Shown here in pieces: positions 1 to 10,925 of a stretch of 64,000 nucleotides of DNA. Source of the DNA: an uncultured Holophagales bacterium (GTDB lineage Bacteria > Acidobacteriota > Thermoanaerobaculia > Multivoradales > UBA5704). The stretch is taken from NCBI GenBank assembly GCA_963842525.1, contig CAWJGT010000009.1, positions 384,001-448,000 of the forward strand, given 5' to 3'. A model generated the notes under the pieces. The model was not told the DNA's origin. It was given only the letters and a program-made list of their open reading frames with translations, and searched no databases. Made by a program: the position numbers and the translations under genes. Position 1 is the first letter of the stretch; each line of letters begins with the position of its first letter.

Positions 1-586
1 GGGCGCGGTGCGCTTCGAAGGATCGGACCTCGGACGCCTCGACGCCCGCCAGCGCAAGGAGCGGGGGATTGCGCATGTGCCCGAGGACCGCCACCGCCGC
101 GGCCTGCTGCTCGACTTCGACCTGGCGGAGAACTCGATCCTCGGCGTGCAGCGCCGGCCGCCCGCGGTGTCGGGTCCGGGCGGTGTCTGGCTGGATCAGA
201 AGGCAATTCGCGAGCGCGCGCAGCGGATCGTACGCGACCTCGACGTCCGGCCGCCGAACCCGGACCTGCCGGCGCGCGCCCTCTCCGGCGGCAACCAGCA
301 GAAGCTGATCCTCGGCCGCGAGCTCGATCTGCACCCGAAGCTGCTGCTCGTGGCGCAGCCGACGCGCGGGGTCGACATCGGCGCCATCGAGCGCATTCAT
401 CGTGAGATCGTCGCCCAGCGCGACGCCGGCTGCGCCGTCCTGCTCGTCTCGGCCGAGTTGGAAGAGGTGACGGCGCTCGCCGACCGGCTGCTGGTCTTCC
501 ACCAGGGGAAGATCGCCGGCGAGGTCGACCCCGCGCAGGCGACGCAAGCCGAGATCGGCCTGCTGATGACCGGAGGCCGTGCATGA
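1..586 (+). CDS. Carbohydrate/nucleoside (CUT2) ABC transporter ATP-binding protein, 5' truncated by window
   Basis: PEDR motif, LSGGNQQK signature, [10 protein letters not shown] and LLVSAELEE typical of the second ABC domain of CUT2 ATPases. Confidence 0.93.
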   Translation, partial: GAVRFEGSDLGRLDARQRKERGIAHVPEDRHRRGLLLDFDLAENSILGVQRRPPAVSGPGGVWLDQKAIRERAQRIVRDLDVRPPNPDLPARALSGGNQQKLILGRELDLHPKLLLVAQPTRGVDIGAIERIHREIVAQRDAGCAVLLVSAELEEVTALADRLLVFHQGKIAGEVDPAQATQAEIGLLMTGGRA

Positions 587-1663
587 AGAACATCAGGAAG
601 TTACTGCGCCCGATCGCCGTCCCGCTGCTCGCCATCGCCGCGGCCTTCCTCGTCGGCGCGATCTTCATCGCCGCCGTCGGGGACAACCCGTTGGAGACCT
701 ACGGCCTGCTGATCGGCAGCGCCCTCTCCTGGCCGGACGGCATCGGCTACACGCTCTTCTACGCCACGCCGCTCATCTTCACGGGCCTGGCAGTGGCGGT
801 TGCATTGCGCTGCGGCCTGCTCAACATCGGCGCGGAAGGGCAGCTCGTGATGGCGAGCGTTCGCCGCCGCGTGGGCCGGGATCACCTTCGCCGGCCTGCC
901 GGCCCTGGCTCTGGTCCCGCTCTGCATGCTGGCGGCGGTCTTCGCGGGGGGAGCCTGGGCCGCGGTGCCGGGCGTGCTGCGGGCGCGCTTCGGCGCGCAC
1001 GAGGTCATCACCACGATCATGATGAACTTCATCGCCGCCGGCCTCGCCAGCTATTTCACCCAGTACCACTACAAGGAGCCGGGCGACGCGATCCTGGAGA
1101 CGGCCCCGATCGCCGAGGGGGCCCGCATCGCGCGGCTCGGCCGGTTCGTGCCGGGCTTTCCCGAGCGGATCCCGCTGAACGTCACGTTCCTGCTCGCGCT
1201 CGCCGCCTGCGTCCTGGTCTGGATCTTCCTCTGGCGGACGCGCTGGGGGTACGAGATCCGCGCCACCGGCGCCAATCCGTCGGCGGCCGAGTACGGCGGC
1301 ATCTCGATCGGGCGGCAGATCGTGCTGGCCATGGCCGTCTCGGGAGCGCTCGCCGGCATGGTGGGGATCAACGAGGTCATGGGCTACCGCTACCGCTACT
1401 ACGACGGGTTCTCGGCCGGCTACGGCTTCACCGGCATCGCCGTCGCCCTGCTCGGCCGCAACCATCCGGTGGGCGTGCTGCTGGGGGCCCTGCTCTTCGG
1501 CGCCTTCCTGCGCGGCGGCCTGTTCGTGGACATCTTCACCGAGCACGTGTCGAAGGACCTGGTGCTGGTGCTCCAGGCGGTGATCATCCTGTTCGTGGCG
1601 GCGGAGGCGCTCTTCCGCGGGCCGTTCGGCCGCTTCGGCCTGCTCAAGCGCTCGAAGATCTGA
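583..1663 (+). CDS. Nucleoside-type ABC transporter permease 1, one apparent frameshift at ~858
   Basis: N-terminus has NIGAEGQ (ORF 583); continues in ORF 926-1663 with EVITTIMMN and [11 protein letters not shown]; removing one base near 858 restores MAAFAAAW. Confidence 0.85.
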
Positions 1664-1683
1664 GAAGAGAGGGTTCTGGAGCA

Positions 1684-2556
1684 ATGGCGGACATCTTCAA
1701 GATCGCGCTGCTCTTCTCCACGATCCGGCTGGCGACGCCCCTGCTGCTCGCGGCCCTGGGCGGCCTCTATTCCGAGCGCGCGGGCGTCATCAATATCGGC
1801 CTGGAGGGGATGATGCTCGCCGGGGCGTTCACCGCCGCGGTGGTGACGCACTTCTCGGGCAGTCCCTGGATCGGGCTTGCCGCGGCCGTGGCGGCAGGCC
1901 TTGCCACTGCGCTCATCCATGCGATTGTCTGCATCCATGGCCGCGCCGACCAGGTGGTCAGCGGCACGGCGATCAACATCCTGTTCCTCGGCCTGCCGGC
2001 GCTGCTCTCGGGCGCGCTGTTCGATTCGACCGGGGCGACGCCGCAGATCCCGCAGCAGGACCTGCTGCCGTGGACGCCGATCGTCCTTGCCTTCGGCCTC
2101 GTGCCGGTTACCTGGTACGTCCTGAACCGCACCCGCTTCGGGCTGCGCCTGCGTGCCGTGGGAGAGAACCCGGAGGCGGCCGATACCGCCGGGATCGACA
2201 TCCTGAAGGTCCGCTACGCCGGCGTCCTCCTCTCGGGCGCGCTGGCGGCGCTCGGCGGCGCCTACCTGTCGATCGGCCAGTCGTCGCTCTTCACGCGCAA
2301 CATGACGGCCGGCCGCGGGTTCATCGCTCTCGCCGCCCTGATCTTCGGCAAGTGGCGGCCGGTGCAGACGATGCTCGCCTGCCTCCTGTTCGGGCTCGCC
2401 GAGGCGGTCTCGATCCAGATGCAGGGAGTCGCGCCGATCCCCGTCGAGTTCATCCAGATCATCCCCTACGTGCTGACCCTCGTGGTGCTGGCCGGCTTCA
2501 TCGGGCGCTCCCGGCCGCCGCGCGCTCTGGGGCAGCCTTACGAGAAAAAGAGATGA
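1684..2556 (+). CDS. Nucleoside-type ABC transporter permease 2
   Basis: SERAGVINIGLEGMM, GLRLRAVGENP and GRGFIALAALIFG motifs; ATG at 1684 after GGAG. Confidence 0.92.
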   Translation: MADIFKIALLFSTIRLATPLLLAALGGLYSERAGVINIGLEGMMLAGAFTAAVVTHFSGSPWIGLAAAVAAGLATALIHAIVCIHGRADQVVSGTAINILFLGLPALLSGALFDSTGATPQIPQQDLLPWTPIVLAFGLVPVTWYVLNRTRFGLRLRAVGENPEAADTAGIDILKVRYAGVLLSGALAALGGAYLSIGQSSLFTRNMTAGRGFIALAALIFGKWRPVQTMLACLLFGLAEAVSIQMQGVAPIPVEFIQIIPYVLTLVVLAGFIGRSRPPRALGQPYEKKR

Positions 2557-4469
2557 GGTCTATGCCTTCTCTACGCTCTCTGCCGCTCCTCCTGGTCCTC
2601 CTGCTCCCTCTGGTTACCGCTCCGTCCGCCTTCGCGGCCGACGACGAGCTGGCGGCGCTGGTCTCCCGCATGGCCCGCATCGGGTCGTGCAACTCGCCGA
2701 GCTTCGCGCCCGACGGCAAGCGCCTCGCGGTGGTCTGCAACCTGAGCGGCCTGCCGCAGGTGTGGGTCGTGTCCACCGCGGGCGGCTGGCCGTCCCAGGT
2801 CACGGCGCTCGACGACCAGGTCACCGGCGTCGACTGGTCGCCCAAGGAGCCGGACGTCCTCGCCTTCTCTCTCGCTCCCGGCGGAGGCTTGAACGAGCAG
2901 GTCTACGTCGTGCGGCCCGACGGGCTGGCGCTCCAGCGCATCACCGAGGGGGGGAAGGTCAACAACCAGCTCGCGGGCTGGACCTCCGACGGCCGCTTCC
3001 TGCGGCTGGGCTCGAATCGCGCCAATCCCGGATCGCTCGACTCCTACCTGTTTGACCTGCCGCGCGGCCGGCTGCGGCTGGTCGCGGTCAACCCCGGCGT
3101 CGGCGGTCTGGCCGACGTCAGCCGCGACGGCAAGTGGGGGCTGGTCAACCGGGTCAAGAGCCGCGGCGACAGCAACCTCTACCTGGTCGGCATCGAGGAG
3201 AGGGGAGAAACGCTGCTCACCCCGCACGAGCCGCCCGGGACGTTCGGCGGCGGCGTCTTCTCGCCGGACGGCCGGACGGTCTACCTCGTGTCGAACAAGG
3301 ACCGCGACCGCGTCGCCTTCGCCCGGGTGCGCCTCGACGGCGCCGGCAAGCCCGGGCCGATCGAGGTGGTTGCCGGCCGCGACGACGCCGAGCTGGACAA
3401 CTTCGAGATCACCGAGGACGGCAAGACCGCCGTTCTGGTTTGGAATGTCGCCGGCCGCTCCGAGCTGGCCTTCCTCGACCTCCTCGATCCCGAAACGGGG
3501 AAGGAGACCCCGGGCCCGAAGCTCCCTGGCGACCTGGTGGGCGGCCTCGACTTCTCCGCGGACGGCAGCCAGCTCGCCCTGGTTGTCTCGGGCTCGACCC
3601 GGCCGGCGGACGTCTGGGTGCTCGACCGGACCTCCGGCGAGATCCGGCAGGTGACCTTCAGCCCGCACGCCGGCGTGGCCCTCGAAACCCTCGTCGCGCC
3701 GGAGCTCGTCGAGTTCGCCGCGCCGGACGGCATCCAGCTCTCGGGCTGGCTCTACCGCGCGGCTGGCAAGGACCAGCCCGGACCGGTGGTCCTCAGCTTC
3801 CACGGCGGCCCCGAGGGGCAGGAGCGCCCGTCCTTCAACTCGACCTACCAGGCCCTGCTGGCGCGCGGCATCTCGGTCTTCGCCCCCAACGTGCGCGGCT
3901 CGTCCGGCTTCGGCAAGAAGTTCGTCAACCTGGACAACGGCGCGTTGCGGGTGGGCTCCGTCAAGGACATCAAGGCCTGCGTCGACTACCTGGTCCAGGA
4001 GAAGGTCGCCGACCCGAAGCGGGTCGGCATCATGGGCGGCTCCTACGGCGGCTACATGACCATGGCCGGGCTGGCCGAATACCCCGACAGCTTCGCAGCC
4101 GGGGCCAATCTTTTCGGAGTCGTGAACTTCGAGACCTTCTTCTCCCACACCGAGCCCTGGATGGCAGCCATCTCGACCATCGAATACGGCGATCCGGCGA
4201 CCCAGAAGGACATGCTGCGCGACCTGTCGCCCATCCACAAGGTGGACCGCGTCAAGGCCCCGACCCTTGTCCTTCACGGCGCCAACGACACCAACGTGCC
4301 GGTCGTCGAGGCCGAGCAGGTGGTCGACAGCCTCAAGAAGAGAGGGGTCCCGGTCGAATACGTCCTCTTCCCGGACGAGGGGCACGGGTTTCGCAAGACG
4401 CCCAACCGAGTCCGCTCGACCGTGGCGGTCGTGGAATGGTTCGACCGCTACCTGAATGCAGGGAAATAG
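2553..4469 (+). CDS. Secreted S9-family (prolyl oligopeptidase/acylaminoacyl) peptidase
   Basis: Signal peptide, beta-propeller repeats, HGGP, GGSYGG nucleophile, HGANDTNV, DEGHGF; ATGA overlap with upstream stop. Confidence 0.92.
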   Translation: MRSMPSLRSLPLLLVLLLPLVTAPSAFAADDELAALVSRMARIGSCNSPSFAPDGKRLAVVCNLSGLPQVWVVSTAGGWPSQVTALDDQVTGVDWSPKEPDVLAFSLAPGGGLNEQVYVVRPDGLALQRITEGGKVNNQLAGWTSDGRFLRLGSNRANPGSLDSYLFDLPRGRLRLVAVNPGVGGLADVSRDGKWGLVNRVKSRGDSNLYLVGIEERGETLLTPHEPPGTFGGGVFSPDGRTVYLVSNKDRDRVAFARVRLDGAGKPGPIEVVAGRDDAELDNFEITEDGKTAVLVWNVAGRSELAFLDLLDPETGKETPGPKLPGDLVGGLDFSADGSQLALVVSGSTRPADVWVLDRTSGEIRQVTFSPHAGVALETLVAPELVEFAAPDGIQLSGWLYRAAGKDQPGPVVLSFHGGPEGQERPSFNSTYQALLARGISVFAPNVRGSSGFGKKFVNLDNGALRVGSVKDIKACVDYLVQEKVADPKRVGIMGGSYGGYMTMAGLAEYPDSFAAGANLFGVVNFETFFSHTEPWMAAISTIEYGDPATQKDMLRDLSPIHKVDRVKAPTLVLHGANDTNVPVVEAEQVVDSLKKRGVPVEYVLFPDEGHGFRKTPNRVRSTVAVVEWFDRYLNAGK

Positions 4470-4493
4470 ACGACTTTCGATATACTGAACGAG

Positions 4494-5975
4494 ATGCCGC
4501 TGCCGGTCTGGAGAAAGCTCCTCGTCCCCCTCGCCCTGGCGGCGTTGCTGCTGCCGCTGGGGCCGGCGCCTGCGGCCATTCCCGAGATCTCCGCAGCGGT
4601 TCCAGCACCTGCGGCCGGGCCGAGTCTGCTGGAGCGTGCTCTCGACGTCGAGCTGAGGAGTGCCCTGCGGGTCACGGCCGCTCTCGGCGTCCACATCGTG
4701 GAGATGGACAGCGGCGAGACCGTCTTCGCCTACAACCCCGACGAGCCGCGGGTCATCGCCTCCAACACCAAGCTGTTCACCACGGCGGCGGCGCTCGACG
4801 CGCTGGGGCCGGGCTACTTCTTCGAGACGCGTTTCCTGCTCCGCGGCCGAGCCAGAGGGGATGTGCTCGACGGCGATCTGGGTGTCGTCGGGGGAGGCGA
4901 TCCGCATATCTCCGGCCGCGACTATGCCGGCGACTCGTACGCGGCGTTCCGTCCCTGGGCGCGGGAGCTGCGGGCGCGTGGCATCCGCCGGGTGCAGGGG
5001 GACATCTACCTGGCGGACGGCTGGTTCAAGGGGCCTCTCATCCATCCCGACTGGCCGCGCGATCAGCTCACCAGTTGGTACGAGGCGCCGGTCGGCGCGC
5101 TCTCGTTCAACGACGACTGCATTCTGGTGCGGGTCTGGCCGGGCCGGTCGGGCGGCGCGGCCAAGGTCGAGCTGGTGCCGAACGTGCCGATCCTGCGGAT
5201 CGAGAATTCGGCCCGCACGGTGGCCCGCGGCGGCAACATCGTCATCCACCGGACCGACGACCGGCTGATCGTGCGCGGCACGATCGGCGTGAATTCGGGG
5301 CCCGCCGAGACCTGGGTGACGATCCCCGATCCGGCGACCTATTTCGGCGAAGGGCTGCGGGCGGCGCTGCGCGAGGAGGGGGTGGAGGCGGCCGGCCGGC
5401 TGCGTCCGGTGCCGCAGCTCCCCGGGGCGATCTGGGAGCGGGTGGCGGTGCACCGGAGCGACCTGCTGTCCGTGCTCACGGTGACCAACAAGCGGAGCCA
5501 GAACTTCTACGCCGAGATGCTTGCCAAGCAGCTCGGAGCGCTGCGCTGCCTCGAGGGGAGCTGGCCGCAGGGGGTGCGCGCCATCAGCGAGTTCCTCACC
5601 GGCATCGGCATCCCGGCGGGCGCCTTCCGGATGTCCGACGGCTCAGGGATGAGCCGCAACAACCTGTTCGCGCCGCGCCATCTGACCACGCTGCTGCGCC
5701 ACATGTTCTTCCATCCGGCCGGCCGGGAGTTCGCGCAGACGCTTCCCTACGCGGGCGAGGACATGGGGTCGTGGAAGCGGCGGATGTCGGCGCCGCCCTA
5801 CCGCGGCAACGTCTTCGCCAAGACGGGCACGCTCAACAGCGTCTCGGCCCTGTCCGGCTACGCCAAGGCGGTGTCGGGCAAGTCCTACGCCTTCTCGATC
5901 CTGCTCAACCGCACCGCCGGAGACGCCCGGGCGGCGCAGGACCGGATCGTCATGGCGTTGATCGATCACGGGTAG
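4494..5975 (+). CDS. dacB: D-Ala-D-Ala carboxypeptidase/endopeptidase PBP4 (peptidase S13)
   Basis: SxxK (SNTK), SxN (SQN), DGSGMSR and KTGT motifs; signal peptide. Confidence 0.93.
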   Translation: MPLPVWRKLLVPLALAALLLPLGPAPAAIPEISAAVPAPAAGPSLLERALDVELRSALRVTAALGVHIVEMDSGETVFAYNPDEPRVIASNTKLFTTAAALDALGPGYFFETRFLLRGRARGDVLDGDLGVVGGGDPHISGRDYAGDSYAAFRPWARELRARGIRRVQGDIYLADGWFKGPLIHPDWPRDQLTSWYEAPVGALSFNDDCILVRVWPGRSGGAAKVELVPNVPILRIENSARTVARGGNIVIHRTDDRLIVRGTIGVNSGPAETWVTIPDPATYFGEGLRAALREEGVEAAGRLRPVPQLPGAIWERVAVHRSDLLSVLTVTNKRSQNFYAEMLAKQLGALRCLEGSWPQGVRAISEFLTGIGIPAGAFRMSDGSGMSRNNLFAPRHLTTLLRHMFFHPAGREFAQTLPYAGEDMGSWKRRMSAPPYRGNVFAKTGTLNSVSALSGYAKAVSGKSYAFSILLNRTAGDARAAQDRIVMALIDHG

Positions 5976-6033
5976 CCCCCACTCCTGGGGCCACCTGAGC
6001 TGCGATATCCTTGAGCCAGAAGGAGACCACCTT

Positions 6034-7320
6034 TTGATCACGTCCGAGGTGCGCCCGGTCAACTACCGGGGACTGATGAAGAAGGTCGAGCAGGTGGTGG
6101 CGGCCATGGAACGGGCCGAGGACCTGGGCACCACGATCCATTCGCTGCTCGAGATCATCATCAACAAGTTCCGCGACGAGCTCGGGATCTATGGCGGCCG
6201 GCTCTACCAGCGGCGGGGGAACGCCTATGTGCTGCAGGCGATCTTCGGCGACGCCAAGGAGGCGCCGCGGGGCCTCAAGGTCCCCCTCACCTACCCGCCG
6301 ATCCAGCTCGTCCTCGAAGAGGGCTCCGTCTACATGGGGGCCGACGACCCGCGCATGGATCCGAGCTTCGAGAGCCTGATCGGCGTCCGCAGCTACGCGG
6401 CGATCGAGGTGGGGGACGAGGAGTACATCCTGGCCTTCGACGTGGCCTCCGACGACCGGGGGGACGACATCCTCTTCTCGCTGGGCATCCTGCGCCACAG
6501 CATCAACCAGAAGATCCGGCGCGACCGGATGGAGGGGATCTTCGCCGAGGCGCGGAAGATCCAGGCGTCGATCCTGCCGAAGCGGGCGCCGGCCTTCGGC
6601 GACTTCGACTTCGCCGGCCGCTCCGAGCCCATGGAGGCGGTGGGCGGCGACTTCTTCGATTTCATCCCGGTGACCGACAAGATCCTCGGGCTTGCCATGG
6701 CCGACGTCTCGGGGCACGGCCTGCCCGCGGCCCTCCAGGTGCGCGACATCTACATGGGGCTGCGCATGGGCCTGGCGCGCGACTTCAAGATCGTGCGCAC
6801 GGTGGAGCGGATGAACAACATCATCCACCAGAGCACGCTGACCAGCCGTTTCGTGTCGATGTTCTACGGCGAGCTGGAGCTCAACGGCGTTTTCATCTAC
6901 GTCAACGCCGGCCATCCGCCGCCGTTCCACGTGGCCGCCGACGGCACCGTGCGCCACATGGAGGAGGGGGGGCCGGTGCTGGGGCCGCTGCCGGGAGCTA
7001 GCTACGAGCGCGGCTTCGTGATCATGAAGCCGGGCGACATGCTGGTCTTCTACACGGACGGCATCTGCGAGACGCGCGGGCGGGAGCGTGAGGGCGAGCC
7101 TCTGGAGGAATACGGCGTGGAGCGCCTGCTGGAGATCGCCCGCAAGTGCCTGGGCCGGCCCGCCCAGGAGGTGGTCGACACCGTCTTCGCCAGCGTCGAG
7201 GCCTTCAGCGACGGCGCGCCGGCCGACGACGACCGCACGGTCATGGTGGTGACCTATCCCACGTCGGCGGGCGACCTCCAGTCCACGCGGGCCTTTCCGC
7301 GGCCGCCCGGGATCCGGTAG
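6034..7320 (+). CDS. PP2C/SpoIIE (RsbU-like) phosphatase with N-terminal GAF-like region
   Basis: GGDFFD, ADVSGHG, NAGHPPP, YTDGI and DDRT motifs; start (TTG 6034 or a downstream ATG) uncertain. Confidence 0.9.
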   Translation: MITSEVRPVNYRGLMKKVEQVVAAMERAEDLGTTIHSLLEIIINKFRDELGIYGGRLYQRRGNAYVLQAIFGDAKEAPRGLKVPLTYPPIQLVLEEGSVYMGADDPRMDPSFESLIGVRSYAAIEVGDEEYILAFDVASDDRGDDILFSLGILRHSINQKIRRDRMEGIFAEARKIQASILPKRAPAFGDFDFAGRSEPMEAVGGDFFDFIPVTDKILGLAMADVSGHGLPAALQVRDIYMGLRMGLARDFKIVRTVERMNNIIHQSTLTSRFVSMFYGELELNGVFIYVNAGHPPPFHVAADGTVRHMEEGGPVLGPLPGASYERGFVIMKPGDMLVFYTDGICETRGREREGEPLEEYGVERLLEIARKCLGRPAQEVVDTVFASVEAFSDGAPADDDRTVMVVTYPTSAGDLQSTRAFPRPPGIR

Positions 7321-7377
7321 GACCCCCCGGTAGGGTCCTCACCTCTGAGGTATCATCTCCCCTCCAAGGAGGACTTC

Positions 7378-8187
7378 ATGAAAGCACTTCAGAGATTTGT
7401 CACACTCTTCACCCTGCTCGCCGTCGCCGCGGTGCCGTGCTTCGCGGGCGTCCACTACAAGTCCACCACCAAGACCCAGGACGGCACCGGCAAGGCCAGC
7501 AACATGGAGGTCGAAGGCTGGGTCGCCGGCGAGAAGGCGCGCGTCGAATTCAAGGAGGCCGGCGGCAACCCGGTCGCCAAGGAAGGCGCCTTCCTGATCA
7601 CCCGGGACGGCGGCAAGACCGTCTATTTCGTCGATCCGGAGGAGAAGACCTACGCCGTGTGGGACCTGAGCGCCATGCTCGGCGTCGCCGGGGCGGTCAT
7701 GAAGGGCATGGGGCCGTTGCTCAAGTTCGAGTTCACCACGCCCAAGGTCGAAAAGCTTCTCGAAGAGGACGGCGGCACCCTGCTGGGCATGCCGACCAAG
7801 CACTACAAGTACCGCACCAGCTACACCATGAAGATGAAGGTGTTCGGCATGGCCAACGATGCCGACATCGTCAACGAGCAGGACATCTGGGCCACCGAGA
7901 AGCTGCAGGACGCCGCGCTCGGCGTATGGCTGCGGTCGGAGCCGCCGCGCACCGGCAACGAGCAGCTCGACAAGCTGATCTCCTCCGAGATGGGCAAGGT
8001 CCAGGGCTTTCCGCTGAAGACCGTCACGGTCAGCACGACGACCCAGAAGAAGAACAACAAGCAGACCGTCACCCGCAGCACCATGGAGGTGACGCAGCTC
8101 GAAACCGCCACCCCCGCGGCCGCCTCCTTCGAGATCCCCGCCGGCTACAAGGAGACGCAGCTCCTCCCCATGCAGGGCGGACGATGA
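7378..8187 (+). CDS. Secreted protein, DUF4412-like
   Basis: RBS AAGGAGG, signal peptide, GFPLKT and C-terminal FEIPAGYKE. Confidence 0.7.
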   Translation: MKALQRFVTLFTLLAVAAVPCFAGVHYKSTTKTQDGTGKASNMEVEGWVAGEKARVEFKEAGGNPVAKEGAFLITRDGGKTVYFVDPEEKTYAVWDLSAMLGVAGAVMKGMGPLLKFEFTTPKVEKLLEEDGGTLLGMPTKHYKYRTSYTMKMKVFGMANDADIVNEQDIWATEKLQDAALGVWLRSEPPRTGNEQLDKLISSEMGKVQGFPLKTVTVSTTTQKKNNKQTVTRSTMEVTQLETATPAAASFEIPAGYKETQLLPMQGGR

Positions 8188-8220
8188 GGCGATTGCACAA
8201 GAATTCAGGAGCCAGAGACC

Positions 8221-8697
8221 ATGCATCGTACTGTCCTTTTTGTCCTTGCCGTCCTTGCCGTCCTTGCGGCGGTCGCCACCCCCTCCCAAGCCGCTGACAC
8301 CTACGGCAGCGGCGTCACCCTGCCGGAGGCCACTCCGATCGAGAAGATCCTCGCCGACCCTGACTCCTACGTGGGCAAGCGGGTGCGGATCGAGGGCCAG
8401 GTCATGGACATCTGTCCCATGAAGGGCTGCTGGATGGAGCTCGCCGAGGAGAAGGGCGGCGCCGCCAGCATCCGCGTCAAGGTCGACGACGATGTGATCG
8501 TCTTCCCGGCGACTGCCAAGGGGAAGATCGCCGCGGCGGAAGGGACGGTCGAGGCGATCCCGATGACGCGGGAGCAATACGTCGGCTGGCTGGAGCACCT
8601 GGCGGAGGAGCGCGGCCAGAAGTTCGATGCCGCGGGCGTGGGCGAAGGGCCGTTCCGCATCCTCCAGATCCGAGGCGAAGGCGCCCGCATCGAATGA
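8221..8697 (+). CDS. Secreted OB-fold protein, DUF4920-like
   Basis: Signal peptide; ICPMKGCWMEL motif. Confidence 0.75.
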   Translation: MHRTVLFVLAVLAVLAAVATPSQAADTYGSGVTLPEATPIEKILADPDSYVGKRVRIEGQVMDICPMKGCWMELAEEKGGAASIRVKVDDDVIVFPATAKGKIAAAEGTVEAIPMTREQYVGWLEHLAEERGQKFDAAGVGEGPFRILQIRGEGARIE

Positions 8698-9248
8698 GCG
8701 GGCGGGAGCGCAAGGGCGGCGAGCGCCTGGAGAGCCGGGAGGTTTTCCGCGGGCGCACGATCCAGTTGGATGTGGAGAAGGTGCGCTTGCCGAACGGCAA
8801 GGTGATGGACTTCGAGATGGCCCATCACCCGGGCGCCGCCGCCGTGGTGCCCGTCCTCCCGGACGGCGACGTGCTGCTCATCCGCCAGTACCGGTACGCG
8901 ACCGGAGGCTGGCTGCTGGAGGTGCCGGCCGGCAAGCTCGACCGCGGCGAGGCGCCGGAGGCCTGCGCTGCCCGCGAGACCGAAGAGGAGACCGGATACC
9001 GGCCGGGCGAGTTGCGCCCGCTCGGCTGGATCTGGACCAGCCCCGGCTTCCTCGACGAGAAGATCTGGCTCTTCCTCGCCACCGGCTGCCAGCCCACGCA
9101 GCAGCAGCTCGGGGACGACGAGGTGCTGGAGATCGAGCGCATGCCGGTCCGCGAAGCGATCGACAAGGCGTTGCGCGGCGAGATCCACGACGCGAAGTCC
9201 GCCATCGCGCTGCTGCGGGCGGCAAGATACCTGGATGGCCGGCCTTGA
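8694..9248 (+). CDS. NUDIX hydrolase (ADP-ribose pyrophosphatase-like)
   Basis: Nudix box PAGKLDRGEAPEACAARETEEETG; SPGF and IHDAKS. Confidence 0.92.
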   Translation: MSGRERKGGERLESREVFRGRTIQLDVEKVRLPNGKVMDFEMAHHPGAAAVVPVLPDGDVLLIRQYRYATGGWLLEVPAGKLDRGEAPEACAARETEEETGYRPGELRPLGWIWTSPGFLDEKIWLFLATGCQPTQQQLGDDEVLEIERMPVREAIDKALRGEIHDAKSAIALLRAARYLDGRP

Positions 9249-10266
9249 TGCCGGAGCGCGCGGCGTGAGCCCGCCCCGGCTGGGCTTCGTCGGCCTGGGG
9301 TGGATCGGCGCCATGCGGCTGGAGGCGCTCGCCGGCGCGGGCGCAGGCGAGGTGGCCGCGCTCTGCGACGCGGTTCCGGGACGGCTGGAGTCGGTCGCCC
9401 GGGCGCATCCGGGGGCGCGCTGCTTCGAGGGCTTCGAGGAGATGATCGCGCGCGCCGGCGACCTCCAGCTCGACGGCCTGGTCATTGCCACTCCCAACTC
9501 CCTCCATGCTCCGCAGGCCCTGGCGGCCCTCGACGCCGGCCTCGCCGTGTTCTGCCAGAAGCCGCTGGCCCTCAACGCCCGCGAGGCACGCGAGATGGTG
9601 GGCACGGCGCGGCGGGCCGACCGCCTGCTGGGCGTGGACTACTCGTACCGCTTCACGGACGGCGCCCGCCGGCTGCGCGAGCGCATCGCGGCCGGAGCGC
9701 TGGGCCGGGTCTTCAGCCTCGATACGGTCTTCCACAACGCCTACGGGCCGGACAAACCCTGGTGCTTCGATCCCAAGCTCTCGGGCGGCGGCGCGCTGAT
9801 GGACCTCGGCGTCCATCTGATCGACCTCGCCCTCTGGCTGTTGGACGATCCCAAGGTGCGGGCCGTGCAGGGGAGCGCGTTCCGCAACGGCGAGCCGCTC
9901 GACGGCCTGGACGGCGGAGGGATCGACGACTTTGCGAGCGCGCGGGTGGAGCTGGAAGGGGGAGCCCTGGTCTCGCTGGCGGTGAGCTGGAACGCCCACG
10001 CCGGCCAGGACTGCGTCATCCGCGCGACCCTGTTCGGCACCGGGGGTGGGGCCGAATTCCGCAACGTCGGGGGGAGCTTCTACGACTTCGAGGTGGCGCA
10101 TTTCGCCGGCCGCTCGACCGAGGTCGAGGTCCGCGAATCGCGCGACTGGCTGGGCAAGGCGATCCAGGACTGGGCGCGCCGCCTCGCTGCCGGTAACCGG
10201 TTCGATCCGGAGATCGAACGCAGCGTGGCCGTCAGCGAGGTCGTGGACTCAGTGTATGGGAGATGA
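9235..10266 (+). CDS. Gfo/Idh/MocA family oxidoreductase
   Basis: GLGWIG Rossmann motif, ATPNSLH, CQKP, GGGALMDLGVH. Confidence 0.9.
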   Translation: MAGLDAGARGVSPPRLGFVGLGWIGAMRLEALAGAGAGEVAALCDAVPGRLESVARAHPGARCFEGFEEMIARAGDLQLDGLVIATPNSLHAPQALAALDAGLAVFCQKPLALNAREAREMVGTARRADRLLGVDYSYRFTDGARRLRERIAAGALGRVFSLDTVFHNAYGPDKPWCFDPKLSGGGALMDLGVHLIDLALWLLDDPKVRAVQGSAFRNGEPLDGLDGGGIDDFASARVELEGGALVSLAVSWNAHAGQDCVIRATLFGTGGGAEFRNVGGSFYDFEVAHFAGRSTEVEVRESRDWLGKAIQDWARRLAAGNRFDPEIERSVAVSEVVDSVYGR

Positions 10267-10925
10267 GGGCTCATCCCGGATGAACAGGTATTCCTGGATG
10301 CCGTGCCGGAGCAGGAACGAGCGGTCCACCTGGAAGCCGCCCATGGCCTGGTTGAGCTCCGCCGGAGCGAAGCGCGGCCCGGGGCGTTCGACCGTGGTGC
10401 GCCGCTCATAGAGGAGCTGTTCCGGGCTCTGGATGCGGAAGCGGATCGGCTGCGCCGGAATCGTCTTGTGGATCCAGATCAGGGCGAAGACGAGAGCGCC
10501 CGGCCGGCACAGCCGCCGCAGCTCCGAGGCCAGGTACCTCAGCTCCTTGCGGCTGAGATAGTTGTACAGGTCCCACGCGAAGACGATGTCGTACACCGTC
10601 CCCTCGGGCACCGCCAGGAGCTGCGAGAAGAAGTCGGGGCCGCAGCTCCCCCGCCGCCGCCGCCCTCGGCCGCGGACGACCGCGAGGCGTAGAGGTCCTC
10701 GATCGACAGCTTGCAGCCGAACTGTGAAAGGTATTCGACGTTGCTGCCGACCGCCGAGCCGAGGTCCAGGATGTTGAGCTTCGGCCGCCGCCCCATCGCA
10801 TCGAAGAGGGAGGGCAGGGCGAGCGAGCGGTGGACCTCCGGCTCGGCTTCGGTCTGCGTCGCGGCGCCCGGCCTGCCTGCCGGCTCCCGGTCCTTGCGTT
10901 GGCTGCGGAACGGGAACCAGCTCAT
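10249..10925 (-). CDS. SAM-dependent methyltransferase-like protein, apparent frameshift ~10650
   Basis: ILDLGS motif I in ORF 10539-10925; YDIVFAWDLYNY and LCRPGA in ORF 10249-10611; overlaps the bactofilin stop. Confidence 0.7.

Noticed and set aside
583-2556. 657-aa fused double permease ORF
   Set aside because: Artefact of the ~858 frameshift; the middle is out-of-frame junk and two separate permeases explain the region
2553-4469. S9 peptidase (and the M14 peptidase at 58133-60777) as maturation enzymes for the peptides
   Set aside because: They are distant from the cassettes, sit in unrelated contexts, and show no shared promoter motif
2571-5998. Long antisense and alternate-frame ORFs (960 aa, 954 aa; also 37150-40299, 27698-30265)
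   Set aside because: Shadow ORFs typical of high-GC DNA, overlapping well-supported genes and lacking recognisable motifs
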